Shown: positions 8,720-16,413 of the stretch, in pieces
Numbering within the stretch: position 1 is the first letter of the stretch
How the letters are laid out: the number at the start of each line of letters is the position of its first letter
Assembly (NCBI RefSeq): GCF_014280195.1
Contig: NZ_CP047960.1
Coordinates: forward strand, 270,001 to 302,000
DNA length: 32,000 nt
DNA from: Synechococcus sp. A15-24
GTDB lineage: Bacteria > Cyanobacteriota > Cyanobacteriia > PCC-6307 > Cyanobiaceae
Direction of reading: 5' to 3'
Translations under genes and position numbers: made by a program
The notes under the pieces: generated by a model
Seen by the model: the letters and a program-made list of their open reading frames with translations, nothing else
What the model was told of the DNA's origin: nothing
Databases searched by the model: none

Positions 8720-9418
8720 ATGTTTGTGAAGGGCGAAAGGATTGCTGCGTGGACATTGCCTGTCTTGTCAGCCTGCATCCTTATTCCTTCGCCTCGCCCC
8801 CTGCGGGCGGAAACCTGGTCCTGTTCCGGAACCAGGCTGAAACTTTCGGTGCAGGAGCGGGGCCGCAGTGCAGTGGAGCGTTTTCGCTTTTCCCTGGCCG
8901 TTTCGGGTGAGGGAGCTGATGAGGCAAAAGCACTGCAGCAGCTCAACCGTCGTCTGGACAGCGTGCGCCGGGAGTTGAAGCCGCTGGTGCAGGGTCAGCT
9001 GGTTGTGCCAGCGCCCCACACCCACAAACGGGGACGAGCGTCAGAACAGCGCTACATGGCCAACACAGGCGTGTCCGGGCACGTCGGGCTGGGCACGTAC
9101 AACCGTTTGATTCAAGCGGTGGGTGGTATGCCAGGGGTGCGACTGCAGGGCATGGAATCTGTGGCGGCGCCAGAGAAGGAAGCTGCCCTGCGGCAGCGCT
9201 TGATGACGGACGCGTTGAATCAGGGTCAGGCTGATGCTGAAACGACGGCCCGGGCCATCGGTGCTTCGGAAGTCAGATTGCTAAGCATCGATCGTGCGGG
9301 GGCTATGGGCAGGCCAAGACCGTTGCGGATGGAGGCAGTCTCCCAGGGGTTTGATCCGGAGGAAGCTCCCGAACCAACGATCACCCTCCGCCTGCAACTG
9401 GAATACTGCCTCAGCTGA
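8720..9418 (+). CDS. SIMPL/DUF541-like periplasmic protein (tentative)
   Basis: It has a hydrophobic N-terminus and the overall DUF541-like pattern (…ALRQRLMTDALNQGQADAETTARAIGASEVRLLSI…TITLRLQLEY). This call comes from pattern memory only. Confidence 0.5.
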   Translation: MFVKGERIAAWTLPVLSACILIPSPRPLRAETWSCSGTRLKLSVQERGRSAVERFRFSLAVSGEGADEAKALQQLNRRLDSVRRELKPLVQGQLVVPAPHTHKRGRASEQRYMANTGVSGHVGLGTYNRLIQAVGGMPGVRLQGMESVAAPEKEAALRQRLMTDALNQGQADAETTARAIGASEVRLLSIDRAGAMGRPRPLRMEAVSQGFDPEEAPEPTITLRLQLEYCLS

Positions 9419-10958
9419 GTCCTTCTCGCTGCGCCTCCTTCCAGGCCAGCCGAGGAGCACTCCAAAGGGTGGCCAGCACCAGAGGGGTGACCGGTACGGC
9501 GGTGATCACGATGAAGGCCTGCAGCGCATCGATGGAGGTGCTGTCCCCCAGACCACTGCCGATGCGGAGCAGCACAAGGGTGAGGCTGCCGATCATCAGC
9601 GCCCAGAACAAGCGCAGCGGGGCAGGCGGTTCGTTGCGGCCACTCATCACCATGGCGGCCGCGTAGCTCATCGAGTCGGCACTGGTGCACATGAACAGCA
9701 CCACCAACACCAGTCCGATCGGGATCAGCAAACCGGCCAGGGGGAGTTGGCTGAGGATCGCGAATAGGGCAGCCGCTGCACCGTTCTGGGCCAGGGCCTC
9801 ACTGATTCCCGCACCCGCCAGTTCCAGTTGCAAGCCGGTGCCCCCGAGCAGGGTGAACCAGATGTTGGTCACGATCGGGCAGAGAATCGCAACGGCAAGC
9901 ACCAGCTCGCGGATGCTGCGGCCGCGGCTGACGCCAGCGGTGAAAAGTCCCATCAGTGGTGCATACCCAAGGAACCAGCCCCAGTAGAAGACCGTCCATC
10001 CGTTGATCCAGTTGCCCGGCGCCACGTTGGGCGTCAGGGCCATCCGAGGCAGGTGGATCAGATATGTGAGAAAGCCGCTGAAAAAGTGCTGAATCAGCCA
10101 CAGGCCAGGCCCGAGTAGCAGCAGCCCGGCCGCCATGGTGAGCGTCAGCCAGACGTTGAGTTCAGACAGCCACTTGATCCCCTTCTGAATGCCGCTGACG
10201 GTGGAGCTGGCGAAGACAGCGGTGAGCAGCACCACCACCAGCGATTGCAGCCCGGCGCTGTCGCTGAGCCAGGGCAGTTGGCCGGCGGCGTTGCTGAGTT
10301 GCAGCGAGAGAAATCCCAGGGGGCCAACCGTGCCGGCAATCGCGGCGACCACCGACAGCCCATCGGCCAGGTGACCGATCGGTCCATCCACCCAGCCCCG
10401 TGGCACGACATTCACCAGCAGGGTGCGTGGCCTGAGAGGCTCGCCCCGCCGTTCCAGGATCGAAAAGGTGATGGTGGTGGTGGTGGCCACCAGGGCCCAG
10501 GCGAGAAAGCCCCAGTGCAGAAAGCTCACCGCCAAGGCCGGATCCACCGCTTCTGCGGTGCCGCCCTGGATGCCTTCAAAAACGGGTGATGGGGTCTGGA
10601 AGTGATACAGCGGTTCAGCGGCAGACCAGAACACGCCCCCACCGGCCAGCAGGGTGCAGATCAGCACCGCGCACCAATCGAACAGTTTCAGGCTCGGTTT
10701 GGCCTCAGCTCCACCCAGCCGGAGTTTGCCGACGGGACTGATGGCAATGACCACGGCAATCAGAAACACCAGCAACACCATCCATTGCCACAGCCCGCCG
10801 AGGGCCGTGCTCACCACGGCTTTGCCGTTGTCGGTGAACTGCTTGGCCAGGGCGAGATCGATGGCTGACACCACCAAAAAGATCAGCAGCGGTGTGGCGC
10901 CGACCCACAGGGGTGGCTGTCGCCACCAGGACCGTTGGCTGGAGGATTGGATGGTCAT
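9411..10958 (-). CDS. BCCT-family (betaine/carnitine/choline-type) transporter
   Basis: It is a multi-TM protein with the BCCT signature region WTVFYWGWFLGYAPLMGLFTAGVSRGRSIRELV. Its ATG lies 3 nt after the stop of the upstream oxidase gene. Confidence 0.9.
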   Translation of the reverse strand: MTIQSSSQRSWWRQPPLWVGATPLLIFLVVSAIDLALAKQFTDNGKAVVSTALGGLWQWMVLLVFLIAVVIAISPVGKLRLGGAEAKPSLKLFDWCAVLICTLLAGGGVFWSAAEPLYHFQTPSPVFEGIQGGTAEAVDPALAVSFLHWGFLAWALVATTTTITFSILERRGEPLRPRTLLVNVVPRGWVDGPIGHLADGLSVVAAIAGTVGPLGFLSLQLSNAAGQLPWLSDSAGLQSLVVVLLTAVFASSTVSGIQKGIKWLSELNVWLTLTMAAGLLLLGPGLWLIQHFFSGFLTYLIHLPRMALTPNVAPGNWINGWTVFYWGWFLGYAPLMGLFTAGVSRGRSIRELVLAVAILCPIVTNIWFTLLGGTGLQLELAGAGISEALAQNGAAAALFAILSQLPLAGLLIPIGLVLVVLFMCTSADSMSYAAAMVMSGRNEPPAPLRLFWALMIGSLTLVLLRIGSGLGDSTSIDALQAFIVITAVPVTPLVLATLWSAPRLAWKEAQREGLS

Positions 10959-10961
10959 GCT

Positions 10962-12153
10962 TCAGGCTCGGACGGCATCGCGCTGGTGGCTCCAGCAGGT
11001 GAGGTCAACGGCGGGCTGCTCGCCGCAGGCCAGCCGTGCCAAGGAATCTCCGATCAGTGGCGCGAACTTGAAGGCCTGACCGGAGCCACCGGCGAAAAGG
11101 CTGAGGGTGGGGCTGAGGCGATCCAGCACGAAGTTCACATCGCTGGCCATGGAGTAGGGGCTCATAACCGTCTCCACCCGCTCTTGCACACCGGCCACCT
11201 CGTTGAACAGGAAGGTGTCCAGCAGTTCCACGAGCCTTTCCGGCGGCTCAGTGGCCATGGCATTGGGCTCAGCGACTCTGAGCTCTTTTGGTGCCCAGTC
11301 GATGCCGGCTTTGATCCGTGGCCGTCCATCGGCGGTGTGGCTCAGCACCGGGAAGGCGTAGTACAGGCCACCGTCGTCACCCCGTTCGCGCTGGAAGCAG
11401 AACCACTGGGGATAACGATCGGCGAGGGCCGGGTCGACGGTGTAGTGGGCCCAGAGCATCGGCCAGACCTCCAGTTTCGGCGCAAGGCCAAGGGGCGCCA
11501 GCAGCAGCTGAGTCCAGATGCCGCTGGTCACCACCACCTGGCCAGCACCGATGTGATGGCCGTTGTCCAGGGTCACGCCGGTTCCGTCGGCATCGATGCC
11601 TGCAACTGGGCAGTGCTCGATCAACTCCTGACCAGCTTGCCGGGCTGTGCGGGTCCAGTGGGCGATCACCTTGTCGCTGCGCACGGCACCGGCGGTCGGT
11701 TCGAACAATCCCGTGAACTCCGGCTTGGGCTTCAGCGGGAAACGCGCTCTGATGGCATCGGCATCAAGGGCTTCGTAGGGAATGCCCTGATCGTCCATCA
11801 CCCGGCGGGCGCCGGGGATTGAGCCTTCGATGGTCTCCTCGTCCCAGCTCTCGCCGTAAAACAGCAGGCCATGGGTTTCCCTGAGCTGCTCTCCGGCGTG
11901 GGTTTCCTCCTCCCGCCACAGACGGTTGGCCTCCTGGGCCAGGCGACAGAGCACCGGGTCGGAATACATCTCCCGGAACATCCTGGCCCACGCCAAAGCT
12001 GCTGGCTTTGGCGTGGGCCAGGGTCTTGGCTTCCAACAGCACCACATCACGGATGCCGCGGCGCGCCAGGGAAGCGGCGCAGCTGAGGCCAGCCATGCCA
12101 CCACCGACGATGACGACGGCCGCTTGGTTCGGCAGAGAGGAGGCTTGATTCAT
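10962..12153 (-). pseudogene. Monomeric sarcosine oxidase-like FAD-dependent amine oxidase (DAO family), interrupted by a 1-nt frameshift
   Basis: The N-terminus MNQASSLPNQAAVVIVGGGMAGLSCAASLARRGIRDVVLLEAKTLAHAKASSFGV (GxGxxG Rossmann) starts at ATG 12153 in one frame. The rest, ARMFREMYSDP...GGSGQAFKFAPLIGDSLARLA, continues in the frame of ORF 10962..12104. The switch is at the C-run 11987-11989. Confidence 0.8.
11982..12022. repeat. Perfect 18-bp inverted repeat with a 5-nt spacer, inside the oxidase gene at the frameshift site
   Basis: cctggcccacgccaaagc (11982-11999), tgctg, gctttggcgtgggccagg (12005-12022). The arms are exact reverse complements. Confidence 0.95.
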
Positions 12154-13205
12154 GCGGCGTCTCCGAAGCTGAGGCCGATGGGATCGGTGGCTGGGGCGGC
12201 TGCCACTTCGTTCAAAGCGGCTCCAACCGACAGGCCCTGATCGCGCTGGTTGAGGTAATCCGTGGCCCTGCGGCGCACTTCCTCCCGCACGAAGGCGTAA
12301 ACGTCCTTGGCGCCGGCATCCTTCCAGGCATCCGGCGAGAAGCGCTCGATCGAATCGGCGATCACAGCACCGGCGTTCACCAGGGGGTCCGGCAGGACGC
12401 GAATGCCCCGTTGACGCAATGCATCGGCTAGTTGAGGACTCTGGAACGGAGCATTGGCTGCCGGCACCACGGAGGTGACACGCAAGGCGGAGGCCATCTC
12501 CGCATTGATCAGACCGGAGATGGAACAGGGCAGCAGCAGGTCGAGCTTCAGTTCCCACCAAGGGCATCCCTGGGGAAGGGGCGTAGCACCGGGGAATCCA
12601 GCCCGCTCACGGCTGAGATCCACGGTGAACACGGTCCAGCCATGCTCCACCAAGGTTTGGGCCACAGTTCCCCCCACCGCGCCGCAGCCGTGCACCAGGG
12701 CACGGCCAGGTTTTGCATCCTTGAGTTCTGATTCGAGTACCGCTTCCACGGCGCCCAGGGTGCCGTGGGCCGTGGCGGCGCTGGCATCAACAGGACTGCC
12801 GACGGCAGCGAGCACATGTGGTGTCAGCTCTGTGAGCCTCTCCATGTCCTCGAGGCTGGTGTTGAGGTCACAGCCGGTGATCATGACCCCGTCAAGGGAC
12901 TTTAGCAGTTCTGCTGTCACGTTGATCAGCTCATCCTTGACGGCGGCGGGTTCCTTGGCCCGCGCCACGATCTTGCCGCCGGCAAAACCGGTGCCGTAAA
13001 GATCGTGCTTGTGGGTCATCAGGCCGGCCAGCCGCTCGCCGTCGGCGATACAGGCTTCATCGCTGGGGTAGTTCAGCAGGCGCAATCCACCGTTGGCGGG
13101 TCGCTTGGCATCGGTGTCCTCGGCCACCACAAACACCGAGAGATGGTCGGAGACGTGTTCCGCCAGCACCGAAACAGTCGGTGTGGGTCTGGTTGTGGTG
13201 GTCAT
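12150..13205 (-). CDS. Glu/Leu/Phe/Val-family amino-acid dehydrogenase (Leu/Phe dehydrogenase-like)
   Basis: It has the catalytic-Lys region NGGLRLLNY...MTHKHDLYGTGFAGGKIV and the NAD(P) fold ALVHGCGAVGGTVAQTL. ATG 13205 (MTTTTRP) shares one nt with the upstream stop (TGATG). Its stop overlaps the oxidase ATG (ATGA). Confidence 0.85.
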   Translation of the reverse strand: MTTTTRPTPTVSVLAEHVSDHLSVFVVAEDTDAKRPANGGLRLLNYPSDEACIADGERLAGLMTHKHDLYGTGFAGGKIVARAKEPAAVKDELINVTAELLKSLDGVMITGCDLNTSLEDMERLTELTPHVLAAVGSPVDASAATAHGTLGAVEAVLESELKDAKPGRALVHGCGAVGGTVAQTLVEHGWTVFTVDLSRERAGFPGATPLPQGCPWWELKLDLLLPCSISGLINAEMASALRVTSVVPAANAPFQSPQLADALRQRGIRVLPDPLVNAGAVIADSIERFSPDAWKDAGAKDVYAFVREEVRRRATDYLNQRDQGLSVGAALNEVAAAPATDPIGLSFGDAA

Positions 13206-14242
13206 CAGGCCACCTTCTCCATCATCTGGTGGTGCTCGACGTAATCGAGACTCCACTCACTCGGAGCATCCGCGATGCGCTGCTCCAGACGTGCGTAAAC
13301 CTGATCGGCCAACGCATCACCAGCAACACTGGCAAAGCTGTGGCGGCTCCAGCTGCGAATGGTGGCCATCAACCCAGCGGCAAAGCTGGCGGTGTCACCG
13401 TCCTCGTTCCAGCGACGGCGGTATGGACATTTCACGTACACCGTGCGCTCGTCGACCAGTCGCAGGCCATTGCGGTAGGGGGCTGAGGCCGTGTCCTTCA
13501 ACGGCGCCATGAATTCCTCTGGCGACTTGTAGAAGTTCAGTACGGTCCCTTTGCGGTACTGCTCCTCGCTGATCAGACCTTCATCGGCCATGCCGCGCCA
13601 GATCTGGTGCAACTGGTCGTGGACATTGCGGGTCTCACCACCGTTATGACCGAGGTAGCGACCTTCACCATCCCGGGACAGGTTCACCGTCAGCAGTCGT
13701 CCACCCACCTGCAGCTCCTTGCTGCGCAATTCCAGGATGTAGGTCCAGTCCTTGAGGGCCTGAGCGGTGAAACGCTGCAGGGCCTCAGCATCGCCGGAAG
13801 CCAGCACGTGGGTGTGGGTGTCCAGAGGACCCGGCGACGCACTGAGCCAGTGCATGGCCGTGGCGGAGAAGCCGAAACTCACCGTGTTCGGAGCCACAGC
13901 TGGCTCGTAGAAGCTGCGGGCGCTCACCAGCACCGTCGGTTTGGGTCCCCTGGGGATTTGCAGAGCCAGGTTCTCGGCCAGGGCCACGTTGTCGTTGCTC
14001 GGCAGGTCATTGCCGATCAGCGTCAGGTGAGCATCGGGCTGGTTGGCGTGCAGGCGGTCCAGCACCTGATGCCAGAGACCGACTGCGGTGCCACCATCGG
14101 CAGCTCCGTAATCGATCAGCACATGACTGGTTTGAGCAGTCAGTTGGTCAACACAAGTCAAGGCCCAGTCCGAGGCGGCTTCGATGCAGAGGAGAGCGCC
14201 TTCGGTCTGCGCGCTGTAACCCGTGGTCATGGCGATGGCCAT
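13205..14242 (-). CDS. SABATH-type (Methyltransf_7-like) SAM-dependent methyltransferase
   Basis: The SABATH hallmark blocks appear in order: VLIDYGAADGGTA, LIGNDLPSNDN, ARSFYEPAVAPNTVSFGFSATAMHWLS. An alternative start is ATG 14230. Confidence 0.8.
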   Translation of the reverse strand: MAIAMTTGYSAQTEGALLCIEAASDWALTCVDQLTAQTSHVLIDYGAADGGTAVGLWHQVLDRLHANQPDAHLTLIGNDLPSNDNVALAENLALQIPRGPKPTVLVSARSFYEPAVAPNTVSFGFSATAMHWLSASPGPLDTHTHVLASGDAEALQRFTAQALKDWTYILELRSKELQVGGRLLTVNLSRDGEGRYLGHNGGETRNVHDQLHQIWRGMADEGLISEEQYRKGTVLNFYKSPEEFMAPLKDTASAPYRNGLRLVDERTVYVKCPYRRRWNEDGDTASFAAGLMATIRSWSRHSFASVAGDALADQVYARLEQRIADAPSEWSLDYVEHHQMMEKVA

Positions 14243-14321
14243 CGACCTCGTCAGCGGCAGCCGTCACCGTACAGGACGCATTTGTCAGAGCTTCGTGACA
14301 GAGAGCACCTGCCTATCAAGG

Positions 14322-14900
14322 CTAGGCGGAGAGCAAGTCCCGCAACTGCGGTTCCAGCAGGGCAAAGGCCTTGCCGCGGTGGCCATGGGATTTTTTCTCC
14401 GTCAGCGGCATCTGAGCGAAGGTGAGCCCGGTGCCGCTCACTTCAAAAATCGGGTCGTAGCCAAAGCCGCAGTCGCCGCGGGGGGTTGTGGTGATCCAGC
14501 CATCACAATGCCCTTCCACTTCGATCAACACGCTGCCATCAGGGGAGACAACACAAAGTGCGGCACAGAACTGAGCGTCACGTTCGCTGGCGTTGCTCAG
14601 CGCCCCGAGCAGTTTTTCGATCCGTTCCGGGTCTGTGGGGGCGTAACGCGCCGAATGAACGCCTGGGGCTCCCCCCAGAGCGTTCACGCTCAACCCGGAA
14701 TCATCAGCAAGGGCCCAGCTGCCTGTCATGGCGGCCACAGCCGTGGCCTTGATCCGGGCATTGGCTGCGAATGTGCTGCCGGTCTCCTCCACATCAAACC
14801 CCTGCGGCTGCGCCTGAACGTTGAGAGGTAGGTGCTGCAGCAGGCCCTGAAATTCACGGATCTTGCCGGCGTTCCCGCTGGCGATCACCAGGGTTCTCAT
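14322..14900 (-). CDS. rdgB: Non-canonical purine NTP pyrophosphatase (RdgB/HAM1 family)
   Basis: MRTLVIASGNAGKIREF, DVEETGSTFAANARIKA, DDSGLSV and GFGYDPIF...SHRGKA are present. ATG 14900 overlaps the upstream stop (ATGA). I reject the track extension to 15017. Confidence 0.92.
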   Translation of the reverse strand: MRTLVIASGNAGKIREFQGLLQHLPLNVQAQPQGFDVEETGSTFAANARIKATAVAAMTGSWALADDSGLSVNALGGAPGVHSARYAPTDPERIEKLLGALSNASERDAQFCAALCVVSPDGSVLIEVEGHCDGWITTTPRGDCGFGYDPIFEVSGTGLTFAQMPLTEKKSHGHRGKAFALLEPQLRDLLSA

Positions 14901-16360
14901 GCGGCTTCGGCGTAACGCTTTGCCCAGGCCAGCACAGCACGGACCCGATCGCGATCCGGGGCTTCGCAGTACAGGCGCAGCAGGGGCTCCGTGCCGGAGA
15001 AGCGCAGCATCAGCCAATGGCTGGCGCCCATGCGCAGCTTGATGCCGTCTGTGGTGTTCACTTCAACCACCGCGGCACCGGCCACCTCCTGGGGTGTGGA
15101 GCTCGCCAGCAGGGTCTCCAGACGTCGTCGCGCCTCCATGTCCGGCAGCCGCAGGTCCAGCCGGTCGTAATGGCTGGCACCACTATGGCGTCGCTGCAGA
15201 GCGTCAAGTCGGCGGCCGAGGGGTTGGCCGCCTTCCACCAGCGCTTCCAGCACGAGCATCGCGGCGAACAGGGCATCCCGTTCCGGCAGATGCATGCCGA
15301 AGCCCACCCCCCCGGACTCCTCCCCACCGATCAGCACCTCACCCGTCAGCATCTCGCTGGCGATGTACTTGAACCCGACGGCTAGTTCCAGGACTTCACG
15401 GTCCTGAGCTTCTGCCACCAGGCGCATCAGATCGGAACCGCTCACAGTCTTCACCACCGTTCCAGGCAGCTGGCGGGCCCGGGCGAGATGGTCGATCAGC
15501 AGGGGCATCAGCAGCTGAGTACTGCAGAACCGACCGTTCTCATCCACGGCGGCGATGCGATCACCATCCCCATCGAAGACCAGACCCACCGCTGGTGTGC
15601 CCGCTGCCGTGGAGTGCTGAACCGCTGTGATCAGGTCGCTGAGGTATGGGGCCAGGGGTTCCGGTGGATGGCCGCCGAACAGGGGATCACGCGTGCTGCG
15701 GATCTCGTCCACCAACTCAGAGGCTTCAGGGCCGAGCAGATCGCTGACACAGCCGGCTGCAGATCCATGCATCGGGTCGACGAACACCTTCAGGTTCATC
15801 GCCTTCAGGCCCGTCACCAAAGCGGTGAGGTCCAATTTGCGACGCAATCCCTCAAGGTGCTCACCCCGCCCGTCGAAACGGCTGGTGGTCGCTGCAATGG
15901 GTGGTGTGATGCCGCCAGCCGCCAGGCGTCGCTCCACCGATGCGGTGAAGTCCCCCTCCACCGAGCCTCCGAAGGGACCTTTGATTTTCAGACCCAGCCA
16001 TTCAGGGGGGTTATGGCTGGCAGTGATCACCAGGGCTCCCAGCGCTTTGCGTTCCACCACCGCCCAGCTGCAGGCAGGTGTCGGCACGGGCGTCTCGGTG
16101 AGGAGTGGCTCAAGCTCGCAGCCACGCACGGCATTGGCGATGGCTTCCGCCAGTTCCGGTGCCAGGAAGCGGCGATCGAAGCCGATGATCACCGTGCGGC
16201 TGTTCAGACCGTCTGGTGCGCGATGGGCCAGCTCCTGGGCCGCTGCAGCTGCGACTGGCAGCAACCGCTCAACGGTGATGTCCACCCCCAGGACGCCGCG
16301 CCAGCCGTCGGTGCCGAACTTGATCGGCGCGGGTATGAGGCGGAGAGGTGCTGACGCCAT
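14897..16360 (-). CDS. alpha-D-phosphohexomutase (phosphoglucomutase/phosphomannomutase family)
   Basis: It has the active-site loop ITASHNPPEWLGLK, the metal loop FDGDGDRIAAVD and the sugar loop GGEESGG. Confidence 0.9.
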   Translation of the reverse strand: MASAPLRLIPAPIKFGTDGWRGVLGVDITVERLLPVAAAAAQELAHRAPDGLNSRTVIIGFDRRFLAPELAEAIANAVRGCELEPLLTETPVPTPACSWAVVERKALGALVITASHNPPEWLGLKIKGPFGGSVEGDFTASVERRLAAGGITPPIAATTSRFDGRGEHLEGLRRKLDLTALVTGLKAMNLKVFVDPMHGSAAGCVSDLLGPEASELVDEIRSTRDPLFGGHPPEPLAPYLSDLITAVQHSTAAGTPAVGLVFDGDGDRIAAVDENGRFCSTQLLMPLLIDHLARARQLPGTVVKTVSGSDLMRLVAEAQDREVLELAVGFKYIASEMLTGEVLIGGEESGGVGFGMHLPERDALFAAMLVLEALVEGGQPLGRRLDALQRRHSGASHYDRLDLRLPDMEARRRLETLLASSTPQEVAGAAVVEVNTTDGIKLRMGASHWLMLRFSGTEPLLRLYCEAPDRDRVRAVLAWAKRYAEAA

Positions 16361-16413
16361 GGCCGAAAGGGCAATGATCAGGATTTAGCAGTTGGCAGCC
16401 GTAAGGTCGGCCC

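Noticed and set aside
11979-12025. Programmed ribosomal frameshifting as the explanation for the split oxidase
   Set aside because: There is no slippery heptamer or known +1 shift context. The hairpin spans the shift site rather than sitting 5-9 nt downstream of it. A mutation or a sequencing error is the simpler explanation.
11764-12567. 267-aa minus-strand ORF spanning the dehydrogenase/oxidase junction
   Set aside because: Only its middle part is real: MNQASS...SSFGV, the oxidase N-terminus, from ATG 12153. Upstream it is out of frame inside the dehydrogenase gene. Downstream it is the wrong frame after the frameshift.
14901-15017. 39-codon N-terminal extension of rdgB
   Set aside because: It lies inside the phosphohexomutase coding region. 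ATG 14900 gives the canonical MRTLVIASGN start and an ATGA overlap.
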